From: Gloeobacterales cyanobacterium
GTDB lineage: Bacteria; Cyanobacteriota; Cyanobacteriia; Gloeobacterales; PMM-0068
Direction: 5' to 3'
DNA: 45,728 bases
NCBI GenBank assembly: GCA_038245785.1
Contig: JBBRSB010000036.1
Span: 1-45,728 of the forward strand
Below are positions 27,308 to 36,330 of this stretch, piece by piece; the stretch's first letter is position 1; each line of letters opens with the position of its first letter. The notes under the pieces were generated by a model, which did no database searches, was not told where the DNA came from, and saw only the letters and a program-made list of their open reading frames with translations. The translations under genes were made by a program, and so were the position numbers.

Positions 27308-28399
27308 TTACTTCTCCACGAGCTGCATCGTATGACCATCCGAATCTCTCACCAAAAAACCTTTTTGGAATCCTAATGTTTGTCCAGGAACTACAATAAC
27401 GCTCGGAGAAACAAATGTTGTCTGATTGAGGCGCAAACGTTTAGCCATTGCCTCCGCATCTTTTACTACCAGTGTGGTTTGCCAGTGCAGCAGATCATTA
27501 GGCTTGGCATCCATCGGTAAAGGCCGTCCATCTTTCGGTTGTAAATATTCCAAAAACTCAATGCCTGGGCCAGCAGGCGATTTCAATCCACTAATATGCA
27601 ACCTTGCCCCTTGCACATTGTTGAGGTGCTCTTGCTCCGTGCCGTAGTTCATACTTTCTCCTGCCACCTTCAAACCCAGAAGATCGCGGTAGAACTTCAG
27701 ACTGGTTTCAGTGTTGGCAACGACAATCGCCGTATGATCAATTCCCAGAAATAATTGATTCGTTGGCTTTTGCCACTTCGGATCACCTTTACCTGGAGGA
27801 AAGTAGATCGTTTCTAGATAGTGTCCGTCGGGATCACGGAAATAGAAGGCGCGAATACCTGCGGCAGCTTTATTCCAAGCGGGGAGCGTTTGAGGTGCAG
27901 TAGAAGCATGTTGAATCTTGAATTGCCGTAAATGCTGGTAGGCTTTGTCCATATCACTGGTTACGATGGCAATATGCTGAAACCAGCGGTCATTACTGCG
28001 CGAATCAATTGGGAAGGGTTTCCCCTTTGGCGTTAGATACTCCGTTAATTCAATAAACTCACTGCCTAGCTGCATCTGCACCACACGCATCCGCACCCCA
28101 AACAGTCCTTGCAGTTGTTCGTATTCAGTTCCTAAAACTTCAACATCTGAAACTTTTTTGAAAGACAGGACCTGCCCGTAGAATTCAACGGCGCGGTCCA
28201 TATCAGAGACCGTCATTCCCGTCGATTCGACTGCGGTAACGGCAGTCGAGGTTTGCTGAGCGAGAATGGTTGAGGATGGTCTACGGCTGGGTTGCTGGAC
28301 ATTCTGCGCGTATGCGGGATTACTACTTGCAATCAGGGCGACTAAGGCACTCACTGATAGGAGAACGCTGGTTGTTTTTTGTGTGAATGTCTTCGTCAT
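27308..28399 (-). CDS. Secreted two-domain VOC/glyoxalase family protein
   Basis: Signal peptide; TVSDMDRAVEFY, QHIAIV, FYFRDPDGHYLE, IDHTAIVV..SLKFYRDLLG, RDSDGH. Confidence 0.9.
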   Translation of the reverse strand: MTKTFTQKTTSVLLSVSALVALIASSNPAYAQNVQQPSRRPSSTILAQQTSTAVTAVESTGMTVSDMDRAVEFYGQVLSFKKVSDVEVLGTEYEQLQGLFGVRMRVVQMQLGSEFIELTEYLTPKGKPFPIDSRSNDRWFQHIAIVTSDMDKAYQHLRQFKIQHASTAPQTLPAWNKAAAGIRAFYFRDPDGHYLETIYFPPGKGDPKWQKPTNQLFLGIDHTAIVVANTETSLKFYRDLLGLKVAGESMNYGTEQEHLNNVQGARLHISGLKSPAGPGIEFLEYLQPKDGRPLPMDAKPNDLLHWQTTLVVKDAEAMAKRLRLNQTTFVSPSVIVVPGQTLGFQKGFLVRDSDGHTMQLVEK

Positions 28400-28441
28400 G
28401 GCAGTTCAGGGGTAAGAGATTGGCATGCTGGGCTTATAGTC

Positions 28442-30019
28442 CTATTTCATCCGCTCCAGCAAGTGCTCCCCTACCCGCAGAGCATTGGCAATGATGGTCA
28501 GGGTTGGGTTTACTGCTCCACTTGAACAGAAGAAGCTGCCATCGACCACGTAAAGATTATCGATGTCATGCGTACGACAATTCAGATCCAAAACGGAGGT
28601 GTCAGGATCTTCTCCAAAGCGGCAGGTTCCCACCTGATGTCCTACCCCATCCAGGGGTAATTTGCCCGTGAAGGTTTTGCCTGCTCCGGCAAAATAGGAG
28701 CAGTTGGGCATGATCGCCTGACCGCATTCAATGGACTTAAGAATTTCAATCCAGCGTGTTTCCAGGCGCTCGTAGGGTTCGTTGTTGTTCTCAGCATAGT
28801 CAAGGATGATTTTGTCCCCATCCACACGGACCCGATTGTTGGGGTCGGGTAAGTCCTCCGTCGTTAGCCACCAGTCAATCGAATTACTGGCTACTTCCGC
28901 TGGGGTCAGCGGGGCATAGGCTTCAGGATTACCTTCCAACGCTTCCTTACTAACTTTACCCAGGGTTTGAATCTGTCCCATTGGGTAGTCATAGCCTTCC
29001 TCCCCCCAATAGAAATCGTTAATGGACAGGGTTTTCTGAAAAATCGTCGGATTGGGCTTTTTGCTGACCCCAATGATTGAACCCAGTACATGCTTCATGA
29101 AGTTACGCCCAACCAGATCTGAGCTATTGGCTAACCCTTGGGGATGTTTCTGATTGGCAGATTTCAGGAGTAGAACCGATGAGTTTACCGCTCCACAAGC
29201 GAGTGCTACGATATCCCCAGAAAATTGCTGCACCTGCGTTTCTCCAGATTCTGGATGACGGATCTCAACCTCGACGCTGGAAATTTTCCGCCCAGAATCG
29301 CTGGTGTGCAGTTTCAGAACCTTTGCTTCTGTTAACAGAGTGACATTGTCCTGGCCCATTACCGGACGAACAGTGCTAACCTCGGCATCGGATTTAGCAT
29401 GGACCAAACAGGGAAAGCCATCGCAAGTACTGCAGCGAATACATTGACTCAAATACATCTGCGCTTGATTGAGCCGAATTCCGACAGGCGTGTGGTAAGG
29501 GCGCAAACCTTTAGTTCTCAGGGTATCGGAAACTTCCTGAATCCGAGGTTCATGGCTCACGGCCGGATAGGCAAAATCCTGACTGCGGAAGGGTTCTGTT
29601 GGGTCTTCCCCGCTTTTGCCATGAACCTGATAGAGCTTTTCTGCTTGCACATAGTAGGGCTCGAAGTCCCGATACTTGAGCGGCCATTCTGGGGAGAGGC
29701 CATCTTTATGCTGGTATGCCTCGAAGTCTCTTTCCCGTAGACGAAAGAGAGCAGCCCCGTAGACTTTGGTATTACCGCCGACGAAGTAGCTCATCCCAGG
29801 ATGCAGTTCCTTGCCGTCTTTGTCGTACCAAACTTCTGGGTTGTGATAGCGGTCGCTGTTGAAGACGACTTTAGTATTCCAGTTATCTTTCTCTCTAGGT
29901 AGAAAGGGACCGCGTTCCAGGAGCAAAATCTTCTTGCCGCTCTGGGCTAATCGATAAGCTAAGGTACCACCGCCTGCCCCGGTACCGATGATGATCAGGT
30001 CGTAATGGTTGCTAGACAT
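28442..30019 (-). CDS. GMC family FAD oxidoreductase
   Basis: YDLIIIGTGAGGG, VGGNTKVYGA, CIRCSTCDGFPC, HQVGTCRFG, NLYVVDGSFF..NPTLTIIANALR. Confidence 0.93.
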   Translation of the reverse strand: MSSNHYDLIIIGTGAGGGTLAYRLAQSGKKILLLERGPFLPREKDNWNTKVVFNSDRYHNPEVWYDKDGKELHPGMSYFVGGNTKVYGAALFRLRERDFEAYQHKDGLSPEWPLKYRDFEPYYVQAEKLYQVHGKSGEDPTEPFRSQDFAYPAVSHEPRIQEVSDTLRTKGLRPYHTPVGIRLNQAQMYLSQCIRCSTCDGFPCLVHAKSDAEVSTVRPVMGQDNVTLLTEAKVLKLHTSDSGRKISSVEVEIRHPESGETQVQQFSGDIVALACGAVNSSVLLLKSANQKHPQGLANSSDLVGRNFMKHVLGSIIGVSKKPNPTIFQKTLSINDFYWGEEGYDYPMGQIQTLGKVSKEALEGNPEAYAPLTPAEVASNSIDWWLTTEDLPDPNNRVRVDGDKIILDYAENNNEPYERLETRWIEILKSIECGQAIMPNCSYFAGAGKTFTGKLPLDGVGHQVGTCRFGEDPDTSVLDLNCRTHDIDNLYVVDGSFFCSSGAVNPTLTIIANALRVGEHLLERMK

Positions 30020-30092
30020 AGGCTTGCTCCATCCAATTCAGGATGGCCAGTAAGTTGTACTGATAATTTAGAAGCTCTGCCTGGGTGAGGAA

Positions 30093-30140
30093 TGATGGAA
30101 AGCTGAGAACTGAATAGGAATATTCTGATAGCCCGCTGAG
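30093..30140 (-). promoter_or_regulatory. Five phased 11-bp repeats upstream of the GMC-VOC operon
   Basis: Forward TGAG 30137, TGAT 30126, TAGG 30115, TGAG 30104, TGAT 30093. Confidence 0.5.
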
Positions 30141-30232
30141 AAAATAGATGATCAGTAAAGGCTCAAAACCAATGAATATTTCTCTAGGACTGAAGAGGCT
30201 TTCAAACTTGGCAACGGTTAGCTGCACCCTGC

Positions 30233-30292
30233 CGACAGGCAGCTGGCTCCCATGAAATTTGGTACGATCCACAGACCAATAGGTACACCACC
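30233..30292 (+). pseudogene. HicA toxin fragment
   Basis: Reads RQAAGSHEIWYDPQTNRYTT, the HicA RQxGSHxxW motif; no start codon and no C-terminus. Confidence 0.7.
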
Positions 30293-30294
30293 AT

Positions 30295-30400
30295 GATCCA
30301 GAGTTTCAGAAAGAGATTTCGGTTTGGGATATTACGGTGGGCGACGGCTAAAATACCTATTGGAAGAAATCGAGAAAGCCGTATGCGTTGAACTTGGTTT
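30295..30400 (+). pseudogene. Possible antitoxin C-terminus plus MazF/PemK C-terminus fragments
   Basis: DPEFQKEISVWDITVGDG* followed by YLLEEIEKAVCVELGF. Confidence 0.45.
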
Positions 30401-30430
30401 CAGTCAGGTATTCAAGTCTATATTGCCTCC

Positions 30431-32077
30431 CTAATGCTGACTAAGCGGCAAGCGCATCTGCACGATAGTTCCTTCAGCCGCTGACGATTGGATAGAAAGC
30501 TCTCCTCCGTGGGCATCTACAATCCGTTTAACAATGGCCAGTCCTAATCCTGTACCAGAAGCCTTCGTTGTATAAAACGGTTTGATCAGTTTCGGTAAGA
30601 TCTCTGGTGGAATCGGTTCGCCGCCATTGTGAAATTGGATATCTACATAGCCAGCTTCAAGTTCTGGATGCACGCTCCAGGTGATCACCGCTCCCTCCAT
30701 TACCGCTTCACAGGCATTGTCCACAAGGTTGGTAAATACTTGTTTGAGCTTATCTTTATCCCCGGTAATGTAAACGGGAATAGGAGCTGGCACAAATTTT
30801 ATCTGCCGCCTCATCGCAGAAGGCATAGTGCGAATCAAACCGAGGAGGCCCGTAATAAATTTATTCAGCTCCAAATCTACAGTCCGCAGTGCCTGTGGCT
30901 TGGCATAAAGCAAGATTTCACTCAATAGGTTTCGTAGCCGCTCTGCTTCGTCCAGAGAAAGGGCAAGGTGTTCCCTAGAAGCCTCTGGCAAATCTATGCG
31001 CTTAAAAGCATTCAGCCCCATCAGCACCGTGGTCAGAGGATTGCGTAGCTCATGCACAATCATGGCAGCCACTTCACCCACTTCGGCCAGCGATGCAAAC
31101 GCTTTTAGCATCTCCTGTTGTGCTTGTTTGCGTTCTGTAATATCTTCTGCAATGCCTGCAATCCGGTAGACCTGCCCCGCTTGGTCTCGAATCGGAAAGG
31201 CTTGGTCGTAGATAATCCGGACCGAACCATCGGGGCGAACGATACGATATTCTTCCTTGAAGTCCACCGATTGCTCAAGCACTGCACATACACGGCTTTG
31301 GTCCTCTGGATGAACGGCATCCCGCCAGATAGACGGATTTTCATACCAGTCTTCACAAGACCGCTGCCAAATTTCTTCGAAGGCTGGACTGATATAGATA
31401 GGCTTGCCCTCCTGGCTGTACATCCAGAAGACCTGATGCATATTCTCCGCTAGCTGACGCAGCCGTTCTTCGCTCGCCTGAAGCGCTTGCTCAGACTCTT
31501 TGCGCTCTCTAATCTCGGCTTCTAGCTGCTCATTAATCTGCTGCTGGCGTTGATACATCTGATAGTTATCAATGGCAGTAGCAGCCCGTTCCGCAAAAAT
31601 TTCAGCCAGTCTAACTTCTTCTTTGGTGAAGTGGCGTGGCTGTTGGTGAAAGGAACAAATCGTCCCCATCACTTCTCCCGTGGGCATACGCAAGGGAACT
31701 CCCAAGTAGGAACGGTATCCTTCTGGAGCGTTGCCATACTCTGTAGAGATTGTGGCATCTTCGACCACGAGGGAAGTGCCCGTAGCAACGACCGTGCCTG
31801 TCAAGGTTCCATGCAGGGTATGAACTTGATTTCCGGTTTCACCCAGATCCAGCGTGCTGGCAAGGACCCGTTCTTGCCCATCCCGGCAAAGGGTGACCGT
31901 AGACCAATCTATATGGATCAGTTCACTAACGCCTTGAGCAATTTCCTGAAGGTATCGACTGAGTTCACCTGTTCGGTAACTCAGTGAGGATAGAACCTCC
32001 AGAACACGCTTTTCTTGATTTTCAGAGAGCGTATCCAATGCGTCCTCGCTCCAAACATGTTCGCAAATCCTTTTCAA
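30431..32077 (-). CDS. Cytoplasmic GAF-PAS/PAC sensor histidine kinase
   Basis: GAF (SYLGVPLR..GTICSF), PAS (YISPAFEEIW..VHPED..EYRIVRPDG), IVHELRNPL, NLVDNACEA, GTGLGLAI; start approximate. Confidence 0.9.
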   Translation of the reverse strand: MKRICEHVWSEDALDTLSENQEKRVLEVLSSLSYRTGELSRYLQEIAQGVSELIHIDWSTVTLCRDGQERVLASTLDLGETGNQVHTLHGTLTGTVVATGTSLVVEDATISTEYGNAPEGYRSYLGVPLRMPTGEVMGTICSFHQQPRHFTKEEVRLAEIFAERAATAIDNYQMYQRQQQINEQLEAEIRERKESEQALQASEERLRQLAENMHQVFWMYSQEGKPIYISPAFEEIWQRSCEDWYENPSIWRDAVHPEDQSRVCAVLEQSVDFKEEYRIVRPDGSVRIIYDQAFPIRDQAGQVYRIAGIAEDITERKQAQQEMLKAFASLAEVGEVAAMIVHELRNPLTTVLMGLNAFKRIDLPEASREHLALSLDEAERLRNLLSEILLYAKPQALRTVDLELNKFITGLLGLIRTMPSAMRRQIKFVPAPIPVYITGDKDKLKQVFTNLVDNACEAVMEGAVITWSVHPELEAGYVDIQFHNGGEPIPPEILPKLIKPFYTTKASGTGLGLAIVKRIVDAHGGELSIQSSAAEGTIVQMRLPLSQH

Positions 32078-32260
32078 GGGGCTAATCCAGCTTTAGGAGC
32101 AAGTATACTCTCCAGCGTTTGGAATATCTCAATCTTGCGCACACCTTCTATATCCCAAGCAGGTCGCGGTGTCTAGCCCTGTATGTTTACCCAGATCTCG
32201 ACATATACTATAACTGGATTTACAGTAATGGACTGACTTATCTAATACAGATCGGTACTG

Positions 32261-33112
32261 ATGAAGCCATATTTTGTCTTAGGTCTTGTTGCCCTGCTGA
32301 CACTCAGCGCTACTCCTTTATTCGCCCAAAACCTTCCAGTTAGTGACCCAAAGACTAGCCAGGAGGCTAATCAGTCAGTCAGCAAAGAGATTCCCATTGA
32401 GCGCATAGAGATCAAAGCCAGCCAACTGTATCAAGGGATGACACGGGCTGAAGTCGAAAAGGTGATGGGTAAACCCACTGATATCAAGACATTTCCCAAT
32501 GCTGACTTCCAACTGAGCATTTTGAGCTATTTTCGCGAACCGATTATTACCAAAATCTCTCTGATCGATGGGCACTTGACAGGACTAACAACACAAGCAA
32601 AGACCATAACGGATAAAAGTAACATTCCTCCCTTCGCTAGAGCTATTGAAGTGGGGATGAGTCGCAAAGAATTACTAAAACGCCTAGGTACGCCCTTTCG
32701 CAGTGAACCCAACCAAATTTCAGGCACTAAGTTTGAACGGCTCACCTTCCGCACAAAGGATAACAAGCAGCAGGCAACGATCATTCTGCGAGATGACCAT
32801 GTAGAAATGGTGAATAAAAAATTTGAATACAGTCCTCAAATTTTGTCGGTAGTTTTGCCTAAAGAGCCTTCTATACCTCAAAGTGCATCCCCCACAGAGC
32901 GCATTCGCATTGGGATGAATCCAGACCAAGTAGTCTCTATCTTTGGTAAACCAGACCAAATGCAGCCCTCACAGCTTGATGAACAGCAAGTGACAGACTG
33001 GGTTTATTCCTCTCTCAAGACCAATGCCTCAACACGTTTTACCTTCGTCAATGGGGTGCTGACACGTTTCGCCTTTATCCCTCAATCTTCTCCTCCTTCA
33101 GCCAAGAATTGA
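32261..33112 (+). CDS. Exported protein with three SmpA/OmlA (BamE)-like repeats
   Basis: Signal peptide; LYQGMTRAEVEKVMGKP, IEVGMSRKELLKRLGTP, IRIGMNPDQVVSIFGKP. Confidence 0.75.
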   Translation: MKPYFVLGLVALLTLSATPLFAQNLPVSDPKTSQEANQSVSKEIPIERIEIKASQLYQGMTRAEVEKVMGKPTDIKTFPNADFQLSILSYFREPIITKISLIDGHLTGLTTQAKTITDKSNIPPFARAIEVGMSRKELLKRLGTPFRSEPNQISGTKFERLTFRTKDNKQQATIILRDDHVEMVNKKFEYSPQILSVVLPKEPSIPQSASPTERIRIGMNPDQVVSIFGKPDQMQPSQLDEQQVTDWVYSSLKTNASTRFTFVNGVLTRFAFIPQSSPPSAKN

Positions 33113-33194
33113 GTGCTGGTAGTGAGTAATAGCAATCTTGAAAACATAGATCAGCTATCGCTTAGAGGACTACCTAAAAATTATTCAATTCAAG

Positions 33195-33238
33195 CGAAAT
33201 ATCTTTCAATTGACTTCTCCTTGCCATTAGCCCATGAT
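33195..33238 (+). promoter_or_regulatory. Sigma70-like promoter with shared 22-bp operator
   Basis: CGAAATATCTTTCAATTGACTT (33195-33216); TTGACT-17-CATGAT. Confidence 0.6.
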
Positions 33239-33287
33239 TTACTCCTTAGCCTATCTAGATAGTTAAAGAGACAAGGACTTAAAGCTA

Positions 33288-34352
33288 ATGAAACGTCTCA
33301 TTGTATGCTGCGACGGAACCTGGCAAAAGTTAGCAAATCCGTATCCGACCAATGTCGTAAAGCTAGCTCAATCTATCCAGTCCAGGGACCAGAAAGGCAT
33401 CCACCAAATCGTATATTACGGCGAAGGAATCGGCACTGATGATGCTGGTGATTTCTTTATCAGAGTCGGTGGTGGCGCTTTCGGCTGGGGCATTGATAGT
33501 AAAATTCAAGATGCCTATCGTTTCTTGTGTCTAAACTATGAGGATGGAGATAAAATCTATCTGTTTGGGTTCAGCCGTGGTGCATATACTATTAGGTGTC
33601 TAGCAGGTTTGATTTATTGTTCGGGACTGTTGCAAAGACAATTCATCCGCAAAGTTCCTGAAGCCTATCGACTGTACCGAAACAGGGATCCGAAAACGAA
33701 ACCAAACGGTTTAGACTCCACTCGTTTTCGTAACGATCATGGAGAAAATGTAGAGATCGAAGTATTAGGATGTTGGGATACCGTTGGTGCACTTGGGATT
33801 CCAGATCTTCTACCCTATTTTCCTCTAGACAACTTATTAAATAAGCAATATGAGTTTTTCAATACTACGATTAACCCCAAAATTCAGAAAGCATTTCATG
33901 CCATCGCTATTGATGAGGGCCGCAAGGTATTCAATGTGACCGCAATGGATCACCATGAAAGCCGTAGTCAAGAGCAAGTAACGTCCAGGTGGTTTCCTGG
34001 TAACCATGGTTGCGTTGGCGGGGGAACTAAAGCGGCACAAGGCTTATCCGACACAGCGCTGCTTTGGATGATGGAACAAGTTGAAGCAGTAGGACTATCT
34101 CTAGACAAAAATTGTGTTGAAGATGGAATCGATCCTAAATATGACACTCTTTTCGATACCAAACCTCGATTGGACTATCTGGGGGGAGAAATTAGGCGGA
34201 CCATCAAAGGTGATTTTTCTAATCTGCATGAAAGTGTAAAGCTACGCTGGAAGGATCCTAAGCTTAACTATCGACCAAAAAATCTTTATGAGAAGTTTCA
34301 GGTGGAGCTTGATGACCACAGTCCATCTAAGCTTTTGACTACAAATCGCTGA
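33288..34352 (+). CDS. DUF2235 alpha/beta hydrolase (Tle1-like phospholipase catalytic domain)
   Basis: LIVCCDGTW, TNVVKL, FGFSRGAY, GCWDTVGALG, HAIAIDE.R, WFPGNHGCVGGG. Confidence 0.9.
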   Translation: MKRLIVCCDGTWQKLANPYPTNVVKLAQSIQSRDQKGIHQIVYYGEGIGTDDAGDFFIRVGGGAFGWGIDSKIQDAYRFLCLNYEDGDKIYLFGFSRGAYTIRCLAGLIYCSGLLQRQFIRKVPEAYRLYRNRDPKTKPNGLDSTRFRNDHGENVEIEVLGCWDTVGALGIPDLLPYFPLDNLLNKQYEFFNTTINPKIQKAFHAIAIDEGRKVFNVTAMDHHESRSQEQVTSRWFPGNHGCVGGGTKAAQGLSDTALLWMMEQVEAVGLSLDKNCVEDGIDPKYDTLFDTKPRLDYLGGEIRRTIKGDFSNLHESVKLRWKDPKLNYRPKNLYEKFQVELDDHSPSKLLTTNR

Positions 34353-34423
34353 GTTACTGTAGCTATCTCTATTTAAGTTGTTTTCGATTTAGAGGTAAGA
34401 TCAGTCCACCCAGCATTTATGAA

Positions 34424-35947
34424 TTGAGTTACCCCTTGCACGCTGACTACCTCAAACGCATCCTGACTGCTCGCGTCTATGATGTCGCTCAGGAAACGCC
34501 GCTGGAGGTTGCACCAAACCTCTCTGCACGGCTGAACAATAAACTTTTGCTCAAGCGAGAAGACATGCAGTCGGTCTTTTCCTTCAAGCTGCGGGGTGCC
34601 TACAACAAGATGGCACAACTGTCCCCAGAGGTTTTGGCTCAGGGCGTGATTGCTGCCTCTGCCGGAAACCATGCGCAGGGAGTAGCCCTCAGTGCTCGCC
34701 ATCTGGGAACTAAAGCGATTATTGTCATGCCTGAGACCACTCCTCAGGTCAAAGTCGATGCAGTCCGAGCGAGGGGGGGCATAGTTGTCTTGCATGGGGA
34801 TACCTATGACGATGCCTATGTCTACGCTCGTCAACTAGAAGCAGAAAAAGCATTGACCTTCATTCATCCCTTTGACGATCCTGATGTGATTGCTGGACAG
34901 GGAACGATTGGGATGGAAATTTTGCGCCAGCATCAAAAACCAATCCATGCCGTTTTTGTGGCGATTGGCGGTGGTGGTTTAATCTCAGGCATTGCAGCCT
35001 ATATCAAACAGCTACGCCCAAACATCAAGATCATCGGCGTTGAACCCACAGATTCCGATGCCATGTCGCAATCACTCAAAGCTGGAAAGCGGGTCCGCTT
35101 GTCCCAAGTCGGTCTATTTGCCGATGGCGTCGCCGTGCGGGAAGTGGGGGAAGAAACCTTCCGCCTCTGTCAGCAGTACGTGGATGACATCATTCTGGTC
35201 GACACCGATGACACGTGTGCCGCGATCAAAGATGTATTTGAAGACACGCGCTCGATTCTAGAACCCGCCGGAGCACTAGCGATTGCAGGAGCTAAGGCCT
35301 ACGTCGAAAGAGAACAGCTTGAAGGCCAAACTTTGATTGCCATTGCCTGCGGGGCCAACATGAACTTTGAGCGGCTGCGCTTTGTAGCTGAGCGGTCAGA
35401 ATTTGGAGAGCGAAGAGAAGCAATTTTTGCCGTTAACATCCCGGAAGCAAGAGGTAGCTTACGCAAGTTTTGTGAATGTTTGGGGCGACGCAACCTCACA
35501 GAATTTAGCTACCGAATTTCTGACAACAAAGAAGCCCATATCTTTGTTGGTTTGCAAATTCGGGACCGGGAAGATGCAGCGCAGATGGCAGCGGCCTTTG
35601 ATAGTAATGGGTTCCACGCTATCGATTTAACGGACGATGAACTGACTAAATTGCATTTACGTCATATGGTCGGGGGACGCTCCGCTTTGGCTGAAAATGA
35701 ATTGCTGTATCGCTTCGAGTTTCTGGAACGTCCAGGAGCTTTGATGAAATTGCTCAAGGGCATGAGCCCTAACTGGAACATTAGCTTGTTTCATTATCGT
35801 AACAATGGCGCCGATTATGGACGGATTGTCATGGGGATACAAGTTCCTCCCCTTGAAATGGCAGAGTGGCAGGCATTTCTAGAAACCATGGGCGATAGAT
35901 ACTGGGACGAAAGCCAAAATCCTGCCTACAAACTGTTTTTGAGATAA
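34424..35947 (+). CDS. ilvA: Threonine ammonia-lyase (biosynthetic threonine dehydratase)
   Basis: KREDMQSVFSFKLRGAYN, SAGNHAQGVA, GGGGLISG, C-terminal regulatory repeats, HYRNNGADYGR. Confidence 0.96.
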   Translation: MSYPLHADYLKRILTARVYDVAQETPLEVAPNLSARLNNKLLLKREDMQSVFSFKLRGAYNKMAQLSPEVLAQGVIAASAGNHAQGVALSARHLGTKAIIVMPETTPQVKVDAVRARGGIVVLHGDTYDDAYVYARQLEAEKALTFIHPFDDPDVIAGQGTIGMEILRQHQKPIHAVFVAIGGGGLISGIAAYIKQLRPNIKIIGVEPTDSDAMSQSLKAGKRVRLSQVGLFADGVAVREVGEETFRLCQQYVDDIILVDTDDTCAAIKDVFEDTRSILEPAGALAIAGAKAYVEREQLEGQTLIAIACGANMNFERLRFVAERSEFGERREAIFAVNIPEARGSLRKFCECLGRRNLTEFSYRISDNKEAHIFVGLQIRDREDAAQMAAAFDSNGFHAIDLTDDELTKLHLRHMVGGRSALAENELLYRFEFLERPGALMKLLKGMSPNWNISLFHYRNNGADYGRIVMGIQVPPLEMAEWQAFLETMGDRYWDESQNPAYKLFLR

Positions 35948-36106
35948 GAAGCTCGTATTCAATCCGATGCACACGCTATGTTCTTTTGGCGTAGACTATA
36001 TTTTACTCCAACTAATAAAACCACCCAGTGTTTTTTCTTTGCTAATGGAGTCTATAACTCCAAACAGTGGGCTAGTTATTTTAATCAAAATATTGACTGA
36101 TTTTTA

Positions 36107-36149
36107 CGAAATATCTTTCAATTGACTTTCTTGTATCATCAGCTACTAT
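36107..36149 (+). promoter_or_regulatory. Promoter region with shared 22-bp operator and possible NtcA box
   Basis: CGAAATATCTTTCAATTGACTT (36107-36128); TTGACT-16-TACTAT; GTA-N8-TAC at 36133-36146. Confidence 0.55.
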
Positions 36150-36330
36150 TTAAATTGGAATATTTAAATTTACATCCCTCCCTGCACGGGGTGCCAGAAG
36201 CACCTTAGTTAGGGAAAGCTTATTCTGCATTTTGGGAAACTTGTGTTTTCGGTCTCGCTGCAGGCGTCTGCAGGTGAGCTTTTGGGGCCGATCTCTGGAA
36301 TATCGGTTAGTACCGAAGTAGGAAGAGGAG

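Noticed and set aside
33288..34352. Evidence for a type VI secretion system
   Set aside because: DUF2235 alone is widespread; no vgrG, hcp or PAAR gene here
36175..36330. c-di-GMP riboswitch
   Set aside because: Lacks the GCAAA / GNRA / GACGCAAAG core of class I
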